From Atractiella rhizophila (taxonomy: Eukaryota), in NCBI GenBank assembly GCA_021432655.1, contig MU271183.1, forward strand, positions 62,001-107,924: DNA of 45,924 nt. The letters run 5' to 3'. The position numbers and the translations under genes are program-made. A model generated the notes under the pieces. That model ran no database searches and had not been told where the DNA came from. It worked only from the letters and a program-made list of their open reading frames with translations. Positions 29,934 through 41,311 of the stretch are shown piece after piece (the first letter of the stretch is position 1; the number at the start of each line of letters is the position of its first letter).

Positions 29934-30431
29934 TCACTCATCCGCATCCTTCACCTCCTCCGCCTTCGGAATAGCCCTCAAACTCTCTCCTCTCATCTTT
30001 CCCGCAAAGTCCCACCTCCTCTACCCGAACCAATCCAAACCAAACCAACACACATCAACACCAATTCAATACACCACTTCACTGAGTAGATTAGAGGGAC
30101 GAGAAACGCACCTCGGTGCTCTTCAACAGTCCTAAGCTAAACAGAGGCAGGGCGACGATCCAAAAGACGCTGTGGAAGGTGGTCCGGGGTGTGAAGCGGA
30201 AGGTCTTGTATGAGTTGTCTCGTGCGCGCACCCAGGCGTCTATTGCTGGGTCGAACTAATAAACGTCATGTCGCACCCGCACCAAGAGATTGGAATGTCC
30301 TTCCATCAGTACTTGTTTGTTAGCTGGGGAAGGAGGGACTGACTTTGACGGAGTCTGGTTCACCAGTTAGTGGGCTCGTTTAGAATGAGAGGGTAGAGAG
30401 ATGTACGGTACTCGTGTGGTCCTCCTGCCAT
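29934..30431 (-). CDS. NDUFB4: NADH:ubiquinone oxidoreductase accessory subunit B15 (NDUFB4-like)
   Basis: Spliced sequence MAGGPHEYHSVKFDPAIDAWVRARDNSYKTFRFTPRT, a TM segment, then RRWDFAGK. It includes an 11-nt micro-exon. The DPA..W...R...Y..FRxTPRT pattern is typical of fungal B15. Confidence 0.8.
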
Positions 30432-30585
30432 GTTCGCTTTGGCAGAGTCAAACAATATCAATCCTCTAATCGAAATCGTCGTTTTGTCACCTTGGAGCTC
30501 CGTGCGGACGGGTAGTCTTCTATGCTTCCTATAGTTTCTTCCTTCCCGCTTAAAACTCACACACCATCATAACACTGAGCACAAC

Positions 30586-31739
30586 ATGTCTGCACCTCCA
30601 CCGCACACGTCCGCCTCAACCTCCAGCGGCAAAAAGAAGGCCTTGCCTCCACCTGCGACTCCGGAAGAGACTTACAAAGCACTCCAATCACGAATAGCCG
30701 CGTGAGTTTTCCCAGTCCAACGCAACTAAACGACCAAATATCGAAAGACGAAGAGAATTGTCCCGCAGAACTTGCTAGCATGCCTGCTGAGATGTTGATG
30801 TTGTGTAGACGGAGATATTCATGTTGACTTGAGATGTTGAGGGAGTGAAGGTGGAGATGTTGTTGACTTGGGAGGGTTAGGTAGACTCGAAAGCTCGAAC
30901 GCTGCGTTGGAGGAGGAGGTCAGGAGGGACGAAAGCGCTGCGAGGGAGAGGTTGGGTGGCGGTGGGGACGGGGATGGGGAAGTGTTGGGGAAAGGAGAAG
31001 TGGAGAGGAAGTACATCGAACTTGTCAGTCTCTCTTCATGCAGTCACTTCTTCGGGAAAGAGAGGGTTGAAAGATGGTTTTTGTTTGAGACAGTTCAAGG
31101 AGATGAAGAGGAACGAAAGGGAGTGGATGAAAGAGAAGAAGCGGCTCCTAAAAGACAAAGAACTAGGTGTGCCTCCCTCCTCTCTTTCTTTCTAACTATG
31201 CGCTTACGATTCGGCATCGCATCGATGGACAGTCAAATCCGACCTCACGAAAGCTAATGCGGCGCGGACCAAGCTCGAGAAGCTCTCGAGGGACCTGACG
31301 AAGGAGAACAAGCGCTTGGCGTCCCTTTCCGCCTCTACCTCTGCCTCTGCTTCCACTTCAACTTCCACCGTCGCCGTCGGAGGAGGGGCGAGTGAACGTC
31401 GACTGTCAACGTTAGAGGCGGAGGTGGAACAACAATACGAGGTCCGTCCTTCCCTGTCCTTCTCCCTTCTCTCTTCCCATTGTGTGATTGTGTGTTACGT
31501 TGGAGAGTGCAACTGATGATGAATGGTGGATGTGGATAGATGAGAGAGAAGTACTACGAATGCGTGCTCCGCGCTAAAGATTTGGAGGTCGCGTTGGAGA
31601 GGGCGAGAGGGGAGAAGTGGAGGAGGAGGGCGGAGGAGTTGGTGAGTCTTCCTCCGTCCATCTTTCTGTTTGGATGTGACTGATTGTTCGAGCAATGTGG
31701 GTGCGGTAGGAGAGGGAGAGGGAGAGGACGAAACGGTAG
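30586..31739 (+). CDS. Taxilin-family (myosin-like coiled-coil) protein, short form
   Basis: ETYKALQSRIA.LE, KYIELFKEMKRNERE..KEKKRLLKDKE, LTKANAARTKLEKLSRDLTKENKRL and YEMREKYYECVLRAKDLEVAL; about 6 exons. Confidence 0.7.
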
Positions 31740-32357
31740 CATTTCTTCGGTCTGGTCGACGTCTGCGTTGGCCAATTCGCAGTTGTGTTCCAAATGCCAA
31801 TTTCGAAAAGGGATATATACCGAGCGACTAGTATGGGGGACGGAGCTCGAAGGAGCGCGTAGATAGGGAGCGCTCTTCTTTGTTGTGTTTATACTTTGCC
31901 TTGCGAGGATGATATCAAGCATCAAGCACATCAGGGATCATGAATCATCAATGGGGGAATGGTGAGATAGTAATACAAGATAAATGTTGCTCGATATTCA
32001 CATTGATTGACATCATTTGCTCCAACTTAACGTACCATCGCCGTTTCCTTCTCTCTGCCACTCCGCTAACCAGTCCTACCAATCCACCCTTCTCCGTTCG
32101 CAAAAGTCTGAATTATCACATTATCATATCATCTTACGCCATTCTTCAGCTCATTCCTCTATCCTCCACGCATATTAAACCCGGCAAAAAGTGATGACCA
32201 ATAGATAGACTCGGGAAAGTTGGGTCTAACTTGGCGTAGATGATGATCGTGGAAAGAATGCCGTGATAGTCTTTAGGAGAGGAGAAGGTAGAGAGAGTAG
32301 GGTAGAGTTAGAAAAGACTACGAATCGCTCCTCTCTGTCGGTTCGCCTTTTGAGCTG

Positions 32358-32959
32358 TCATCCCGAAATTGACAAGTCAACACCTGACCGACTGATCCCA
32401 AGCGATAAGGGAGAAGCAAAGATCATGCATTTCGAACGAGAGCTTCTCTCATATGCAACGTAGCCCTCCCATTGCCTTCGCGGCCCTTGAAAAAAGATTA
32501 AGGAAGTTGGAGACGCACCCTTGTGGCCATTCCCGGTTTCCCTCTTCCTCCGACTTCTGCACTTGTCGTCTGAACAGGCTCCTCCCTTGAGGTGTTTCTG
32601 CTTCTACGACGAGTAAAGGCGAATCAAAGGATCGCTGTAACAATGCCTACCGACCCAAACGTACCACAGTCAGCAATTCACATTCAAACTTCAATATTCC
32701 AAGTCCATAACTTGAAGACTTCGCAACTTGAAATTTTCGTGAAATGACCTGAGGAGAAGATATAAAGACACACCTGCCTCCGTATGGATGCCAACTCGTC
32801 TTCTAAGGCTGATATCTCGCTGGAGGTGGGTTGGGCGGGAAGAGAGCGGAAGAGGAGGCGGGTGTGCTGGAAGAAGTAGGTGCGGAAGTTGTACGACGGG
32901 AAAGAGAGCGCGGCGCGGAGTGTGCGTCTGTATAGCGTTCGTAGGCTGGTGGAAGACAT
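32358..32959 (-). CDS. ISD11: LYR-motif protein Isd11 (LYRM4), cysteine desulfurase partner
   Basis: LYRRTLRAALSFPSYNFRTYF...FR...ELASIRRQ|ALLQRSFDSPLLVVE. The 3' exon and end coordinate are uncertain. Confidence 0.85.
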
Positions 32960-33127
32960 CCTTTCTGACCTTTCAGACTGTTTACCTCACTCTCGATATT
33001 CTGGATCTTGGATCGCTTCGTTGATTTGCTTTGCCTTGGTTTGGTTTGCTGGTTTGGTGGGAGAAACTTAAGTTGGCACAGTATCCGCCCGCAGGAAAGA
33101 TCAAATCCAGCGAGTTTGAAAGGAGAG

Positions 33128-35292
33128 ATGGAGGTGGATAGCGTGCCAAAGAAGAAGGCTACGGTGAGAGAGCTGAAGCAGAAGGACTCGGAGAAGGAAA
33201 AGGCGAAGGAGCGGGAGAAGGAGAAGTTCATTTGGAGACAGGTCCTCGCGAACCCTTACAGTGTTAAAGGACAGCGCTGGTGAGTTTGTCGTCTTTCTTT
33301 TAGTATCAGGGAGGGGAGGGAGTGTTGTTTTTGCTGCTCAGAAGGAAGATTCTGTGTGCTTTATGAAGCGCTGGTACATCTGTTTCGACTGGGAAGACTT
33401 CGTTTTCTCCATATGCTATTGTTCAATCTTGCAAACACCAGAACAAACCTGGCGTACCACAATAGTAAGAATTAAAGAGTACTGTTGGGAAGCTTCACAC
33501 ACGATGCCAACTTTGGACATGTTAACTTACTAACCTCCACAGGCCACACCTCCCATCCACTCCCGAAGGCCTAAACCTCTGCAACGAGCTCATTTCCCTC
33601 TTGTCTCCGATAGGAGAACGACGCAGCGCCGAATCGGGGTTGTCGAAGTCGAAGAAGCGAAAGCGCAAGGAGACCGCCGCGTCCTCGTCAGTGAGCACGA
33701 AGAAACAGAAGGTAGCGACCGAACCAGGTAGTACAGGATCAGGAGGGGATGTTCCCATGGAGGTGGACGCGACTGGTGGATCTCAGGACGCAGTCGTTGT
33801 CAGGTCGTATACGTTGAGGTCGGATAAGGTGGTGGAATATCGACCTCGTCAGAACTTGTTCAATGCTTCTAAAACTGCCAGCGGTCAAGAGGACGCGAAT
33901 GGGAAGTTGGAGCAGGGGGTGGAGGAAGTGAGAGGGGACGCGGCCGTCAACGATGAATTGCTGCAATTCGTCACGATAGGGATCAACGATGTCACGAAAC
34001 AATTGGAGAGGATGATACATTCTCGAAGAGCTATTGAGGTCGGCGCTTCAGATGATGTCCCGGTTGCCCAAGTAAAGGAGACGGAGAAAACGAACCCATT
34101 GGAAGATGTGCTCGCTTCCGTCTTTCTATCAAACCTCCAACCAGCCATACCACCTCCGATTTCTTTGCAAGCAGCTCCTCCAGAACTAGTATCGAAGAGG
34201 ATCCAGCTGGCGCAACTCTCCAAGCCCATGGGATCAGAAATCAGGATCAAACGGGACACAATAGCCCTCGACCTCGACCTTCCTTCTTTCCGATACCTCG
34301 CCAAACCCAACTCAGAACAAGACGTGGGGAATCAACCATCGTCGTATGCCCTATTCCAGGATATGCCATCCCTCCCCCCGATTCCTTCCCTCCCTGATTT
34401 TCATACGCAACCTCACCCTCCGATACTCGATGGGAAACCTCATCCTTCGAAGAATTCGGCTCTCGTTACGGATTCGGTCTTGAAAGAGCTTTATAGACCG
34501 ATGGTCGAAAGCATTTACAGGGAGGAGAGGGAGAGAAAGATTAATTTGAAGAAGAGGGGGGCGAAGATGAGGAGGGTGAAGAGGGAGGTTGAGAGGATGG
34601 AAATGTTGGTTGCGGCAGGAAAGTTTGTGAGCTCGAAACAGAAGATGCAGAAAAAGGAGAGAGGGGTGGAAGGGAGTGGCAAGAAGAAAGAGAAGAAGGA
34701 GCAGGTGGATCGAGGCGATGCGAGAATCGTCCTGGTTTGTAGGGACGACCTGAACCCGCAGAGCTTGACGGATCATCTCTTGCAGATGGTAGGAAGTTGG
34801 AATGCGTTATGCGAAGAGGAGACAAAGGCAGATGAAGGAGATGAACAAGCGGAGAGGAAATCATCGGAATCCAAGCCTGATAAGAAGGAGGAGAAGGTGT
34901 TTCTAGTCGCTTTACCACAGGGCAGTGAAGTATCACTTGCGAAAGCTCTCGGTGTGAGACGTGCAGCTGCCATCTCCCTTTCTTCGACCTTCCCCTCCCT
35001 CCAACATATCGTCTCACTTCTATCCACCAATGGCATCTCGCCCATATCCCTTCCGAACCTCAATCGTCCCACGTCTTATGAACAGACTCACATCAAGCAT
35101 CTGAAGACGAGCGTGCCGACGGACTTGAAGGAGCGGAAAGAGGTGAAAGCGGAGAAGAAGAAGAAAAGGAAGGAGGAGATACGGGCAAAGGAGAGGAAAA
35201 GAAAGGATGCGCTGAAGTTTGAGAAGAAGTTAAAGCAGAAGGAGCAGAAGAAAAACAAGACACAGATGATGGACCGGGCACCGTCACAATGA
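33128..35292 (+). CDS. POP3: RNase P/MRP subunit Pop3/RPP38-like (L7Ae fold)
   Basis: RQVLANPY...W|P, VTIGINDVTKQLE, IVLVCRDDLNPQSLTDHL, LVALPQGSEVSLAKALGVRRAAAI and YEQTHIKHLKTSVPTDLK. One intron at 33280-33542. Confidence 0.82.
33371..33522 (+). ncRNA. Candidate intronic box H/ACA snoRNA
   Basis: Lies in a 263-nt intron. Hairpin, then AGAACA (ANANNA) at 33440-33445, then a second hairpin (TGGCGT/ATGCCA, CAATAGTA/TACTGTTG), then ACA at 33517-33519. Folded by eye only. Confidence 0.35.
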
Positions 35293-35521
35293 AATCCGCT
35301 TTAGCTGTTGAAGTATTTACAAAACAGCTCGTTGTCATGCACTCTCATAATATAACGCGATTCGACGCGGAAACATCATGTGATCTGTGCAAAACGTGAG
35401 TTCAGGCAGATTCAGGTGGGTTGCGTCTCTGGCTGCCACGACGCTAGAGCGCGTCAAAAACGACGGGATTGGCCTCATCCTGCTCTATTTTAATGTTCTT
35501 TAGATAGTCTGTAGGGAGAAG

Positions 35522-38500
35522 ATGGACCCCAACGATCTATCACAGGTTCTACCAAGTTCCCCATTGAAGAAAGCTCGGCTCGCCATTGATGGAACAGCGA
35601 CCTGCCAACAAACATTTGAGGAGCCGATAACCACAATCGAAGAGCAGAATGACGAGAGTACAGTGGAATTTGCAACAGATTTGACGGAGGAGGAAGCGAG
35701 AAAGTCAAGGAAGTATCAAGATGAGGCACTTGTTGCTGCAAAGGCTGGGAACGTTATTGTCAGGATGCCTACGGTGCGTGTCACGATCAGTTCGCAACTT
35801 GTGTCAAGAAGCCTTTTTCATTCTGCCATATAGGCATGAAAGCCTGCTCATTCAGCTTGTAGGAAGTCGTCTTCTTGAAGCCGTCACACTTTTAGCCTTT
35901 TGAAAGCCACAGTGCAGAATCAGCTCACAGATTCATTTAGGGATCTGGAAAGACAATGATGGCAACTATGCTGATAAAAGACATGTTGTCCTCACCGCTG
36001 AGCCAAGGTGAAACCACACCCAAGGTCCGCCTCTTCACTTCCACTTAAATTGTGTTTCCAAATCCTGCTTGACAGAAAATCATCTTCCTTGTTCATACAA
36101 CGCTCCTTGTGCACCAGCACCACGCCACACTGTCCGCCTCACTCCCATCTCTCCAGTCCTCCTCATCTCTCAAATCCTACTACGGCATGGGATACGACGA
36201 CTGGTCATCTTCAAAATGGGAGGCCGAGTTCGAAGAGCTCACTGTGGCGATCATGACTGCCCAAATCTTCCTAAACCAGCTCCGAGCTGGGACATGGAAG
36301 ATGAACCGGTGTCAGCTCATTGTCTTTGACGAGTGCCACAATGCCACGAGAAATCATCCCTACGTTGCCATCATGAAGGAAGTTTATCATCAGATGCCTG
36401 CAGAGGAGAGACCAAAGATTTTAGGCCTCACTGCAAGCCCGATTCAGGATCCACAGGCTGATAAGGCGAAGAAAGATCTGAGGTGTCTGTTCTTCCTTGT
36501 CAATGTCATGATGCTGAAAATAGTACAGGGCTTTAATGAGCGTGCTAAATTGCGAAGTTCACGAGACAAAATTTAACGTCGACGAGCTGAAGATATTTTC
36601 TCCTACACCAATAGAAGAGATATACGAGTATTCTGCATCAACTTGGGATTCTGCGTCACTGCCAGCGATTTCACTGATTGAGGAAACCTTCAAGTCCTGT
36701 CAGTGGATTTGGGAAGCGTTTGCCGCGCCAGATAATGGAAAACCTAAAACTGAAGGGAAGGTGTTCAAGGGCTACAAACAGATAATAGAGGTTTGCACAT
36801 GCTGGTCATTAGGCTTTGGTTAATTATTTCGCAGCAACTCGGAACGATTGGAGGTGATGCCTACCTCTACCTTTGGCTGCTCGAATTCAAAGGCCACGTC
36901 GAGTCCCATCCGAGAGCCGATTATGGCGACATCAGAAAAAATTCTGTCAAAGTGCAAGAGCTTCAAAACTTCTACCAGCTGGTGAAAAAGCGGTACGAGC
37001 AACTTCCCGACTTCATCCTGCCTCCCGCTAGCCTAGCTAGGAAAAGGTTGCGTGATAACACGCTGAAGTCGATCGACGCTCCTTCTCTCTCCGACGTAGA
37101 GTTACTCAATCCGTCCTTCTCGCCCAAGCTTTGTCTACTCCTCCATCTCCTCCCCCGATACCCAGCTGAACACTTCCGCTGTCTCGTCTTGTGCAAAACA
37201 CGAGTGTCATGTGACGTTCTCTCCGAGATCATCCAGAAATTCTCTGGATACGACTGGATAAGACCAGGTTGGTTGGTCGGTCACGGAGATTCGAGAGACG
37301 GTGTAAAGAGGGAGCACCAAACGGAAGTGGAGGCTCAGATGAAGGTCGAAGAACAAATTAAAATGATGCAAGGCTTTAAGAAAGGAGAAATTAATTTGTT
37401 GGTTGCAACTAGCATTGCAGAAGAGGGTATTGCGCGTCGTTCTTCATCTTTCAATTGCCACGCTAATAGGTACCGTCGATAACAGGATGTTCCAGCTTGT
37501 AACCTTGTCATACGCTTTGATCCACCAACCAGAAAACTCATCGGCTATGTTCAGTCCCGCGGTCGGGCTCGACAACATAATTCGCATTATATCCTTTTCG
37601 CCGCTCTCTCCTCCGACGAACGAGTTGTCTACGAGGCGTGGCAGACAGAGGAGCAAGTCCTCCTTGAAAAATATAGGGAAAGGGAACGGCTTGAACAGTT
37701 AGTCGAGGAGGAATCGAGTGGATACGAAGGAGTGCTAACAATACCAGAAACTGGAGCATACCTCACTGGCGCGAGTGCTATTCCACTTCTTGCCTCCGTC
37801 TGCGCTTTATATCGCGTAAGACTTCTTTTGTTATCCCATGCCTAAGTACTGATGATTTCATGCGGAAGGATTCATACACACCGGATACAAAACCGATTTA
37901 CGAAGAAATAGTTTCCGGCACAGATCCCGACTCGAAAGACACGTTTCCCCACCCATATCGCTATCGTCTTCAATTGCCCTTTATCTCCACCTTGACCGCA
38001 AGCGACAGGGTCTTTTTGTCCGATCCTTTTCCGACGAAGAAGAAGGCAAAACAACACGCTGCATTCCGTGCTTGCCAGTTATTGCTAGAGAAGCAGAAGA
38101 TCGATCTCAATCTGCGGCCGGTGAGGAAACCCAAGCCCCACGGCAAGCAGACGGACTTTTGGTACGACGGGAACGGGGAGAAAGTCGTTGTGTATAAGCT
38201 TCCAGAGAAGGTAGAAGGTCGAATTCCAAATGTTTGGAAAGATATTTGGCAACCTGATGCAGAGTGTTGGTGCCATTGTTTGGAGGTGAAAGCGGGCAAG
38301 GCGGTGACAAAGATCGGCTTCATCTGTGGAAGGAAGGTGGAGGTCGCCGAATTTGGATGGGAGGATGTCGACTATGGGAACGAGAAAATCACGTTCAAGG
38401 TTAGCGATGAGAAGCTTCTGGAATGGGCAGATGACGGGATAAAGAAGAGCCATCTTCTTCGACTGGACGAATGGAATCGAAAGTGCTACATGGTGTCCCT

Positions 38501-40955
38501 TAATCGTCGCTTTGCGAGGGAAGATTTGGCGTATGAAAGAGAGTCGAATAGTCGAGTGGAACCCCAAAAGTCGCAACATCGACTGTTATGGCTTCTCGCA
38601 CCACTTTCTAGTGATGGTCACATCGACTGGTCATTGGTGGATGAGCCCTGGTCTCCACTTCCCAGATTTATTGAACACCTGAACCTACATGAGCTGCATA
38701 GCTCAGTGATACTTGTTCCTCATCGACCTCTCACCACCCGACTCTTCAACTTTGTTTCCCCTCGTCACGACGTCTCCACTTCCTCATCGGTCCATTTACC
38801 TCTTGCAAAACGCATCGAATGGATAGATTATGAACATTGGTTCACCAAGATGAGGAGACACCATGCATCGGTCCGAGCTCTCCCAGAAGTTACCTACTTC
38901 TTAGAACTTCAAAGTCATCCGAAGCCCAGGAACTTCCTTGCTCCATCGACCAAGGATTCTTACGAAGATCGTCGTACCTTTCTCGTTCCCAACAATCTTT
39001 GTGCAATCGATCTTTTAGGGGTTGGTGTATGGAAGACTTTTCGACATGTCCCTAGCTTTACCAGGAGGATTCACGACATGCTACTCGCTGACATGGTTGC
39101 GAAGGAATTGACGTTGGATTTCATTCCGTCTGAGTTGATGTGCCATGCCATAACTTTGCCAGTTTGCGGAGTCGGATATGACTATGAGTGGGTGCTTCGC
39201 ACATAACCTCCCAATTCCTCATTGATACGACATAGGCGGCTTGAATACTTGGGCGATTCTTTCGCAAAGTTGGTATGTTGCCCACCAGGCATAACAGATC
39301 GTTGAATGGGTTTGAAGGCATCGAGTATCCACTTGTATTTGCTCAAGGACAAAAACCAAGACCTACTGGACGAAGGACTTCTCAGCGCTCGAAGGCAGGC
39401 TTGTATCAGTAATTTCACCTTCCGGAAACGAGCGATCGAATCTGGGCTGCATAACTGCTTCTCTACTTTCATTTGTCGCATCAATGCCTGGCGGCCTCCA
39501 ACTTTCGAGGTTGACAACGACCTTTCTGCTGATGGATTGACAGTTGGACGCACAGTGGCGCGCCGTACACTCTCTGATGTGACTGAAGCGGTCATGGGTG
39601 CTGCCTACTTGTCTGGAGGGATACCAGGAGCTTTACATGCATCACAACAACTTGGCCTCTCGTTCGGGAAGGCTAAGGATGGTGATTGGGAGAGACGCTG
39701 GAATGAATTAGGGAATGAAGGCGATATCTATCCCGCTGGGCCCATTTTGCGAGAGTTAGAAGAAACAATTGGATGGATTTTTCGCGATTCGAGATTCCTA
39801 ATCAGTTCTCTGACACACAATTCATATACCGCCGCCGACGCATGTTATGAACGTGAAGAGGTCTGTCCTTTGTTCTTCTACTTATATTGTTGATTGACAT
39901 CTGTCCAGTTTTTGGGTGATGGTAAACTGTCCATTCATCCGCAGATCAGGAACTAATTGATGGCATCAGCCGTGATTGATTTCTTTGTCGCCTCTAAACT
40001 CTTTTCCCTATTTCCTCTTGCTCCACCTTCCCGCCTTTCAGTTCTCCGCTCTATGTTAGTTTGCAATTCGACCTTGTCATACCTCTCCCTCTCGTTATCC
40101 CTCGACAGTCACATCCGGCTCTCCGCAGCATCCTCCGCCATCGACGCCATCGCTGCTGCCCGCAAGGAATATTCTACCTTTGGACCTCTGGATAAGGATT
40201 GGCTCTCCAGGAAGCCTTGGACTTGGGATCCTCCCAAAGTTCTGAGTGATGTCTTTGAAGCTGTGATCGGCGCAGTGTTTTGGGACTCCAAATTTAACGT
40301 CCAGAAAGTCTGGGCGATCCTAGAGAGATTTTTTGCTGATCTCTTGAGGGTTATTCAGGACTGTGGAGATGTGGTAGCAGATCCGTGGTCAGTTATGGAA
40401 AAGAGGATCAGGCAAGAGGCTCGTTGTCATAAATGGAGGGTCGAGCATAGGTCCGTGCTTATTCTGAATTCCGAAATTTGAAAACTGAGGTTCGCCTTTA
40501 GTCAACTAGAACCAGGCGTTCGACTCGCACAGGTCATATTCCATGATGTCGAGATAGGATCCGGGACGGGCAAGACGCGAGCATTGGCAAAGATGGCAGC
40601 AGCGGATGCAGCCAATGCATGGTGGCTGCTCCATCGACAAGACGTGCGAAAGGAGAGCGCAGAGGATGATCAAGAAAAAATCTGCGATTGTCATTTCTTG
40701 AGGGAGCAGAAGAAAAAGGAGAAAAAGGAGGCGAAACTTAGGGAGAAGCTAGCTGCTAGAGATGTGACAAACAAGGCAGGGAAAACTACTGGAGAGGTCG
40801 ATGTGGAGCTCTTTAGAGAAAAGGAGGTCCCAAACTCTATAATCGAAGTTGAGAAGGAAACTGGACAGCGAATTGAACCTGGACAGCTTGACGAACTGGT
40901 CGAAGAAGTCGATGTGGATGATGTTGATTCTGAAGGCACAGACGAGGAGATGTGA
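35522..40955 (+). CDS. Dicer-like protein A: DExH helicase, HelC, DUF283, RNase IIIa, RNase IIIb, C-terminal dsRBD with CHCC-type residues
   Basis: Helicase motifs: RKYQ, MPT|GSGKT, VFDECH, ILGLTASP, LLVATSIAEEGIDV, YVQSRGRAR. DUF283: TGAYLTGASAIPLLASVC..DSYT...SDPFPTKKKAKQHAAFRAC. RNase IIIa: YERLEYLGDS...SDVTEA. RNase IIIb: YEREEFLGDA...SDVFEAVIGA. C-terminus: RCHKW..H..CDC. Confidence 0.93.
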
Positions 40956-41311
40956 TGCTTTGTGGACATTTGGATCGGCCAATGGATGTACGATAGACTT
41001 CTTGGGCATGTTGGAGTGTTAAGACATTAGATTCATGTACTCTATCATCAGGCCTATCTCCCAGCGTCATGTAAGGATGATGTTCAACTCATGCGCAAGC
41101 GGACGCGTGCCCCCCTGTTTTGGAGCGGGGGCTAATGAATTGAGCAAAACCCTGTGATCAACTGTGATGGCCTCCCGGGGTCGTAACAGGACAACAGGAC
41201 AAGTGGACAAGTGTTTTCGTCGTTTGCGATGATTGCGTCTCTCCTCCCCATCATTAATAAGCGGGTCTCCAGCATGAGGACAAACCCGCAAGCACCTCGC
41301 CACCTTTCATT

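Noticed and set aside
32647..32773. 127-nt ISD11 intron with repeated TTCAAGTT
   Set aside because: Only two short copies, with no convincing snoRNA boxes or extended structure.
35350..35460. ACGCG (MCB-like) motifs upstream of Dicer A
   Set aside because: Short motifs without the full ACGCGT consensus; they cannot be distinguished from chance.
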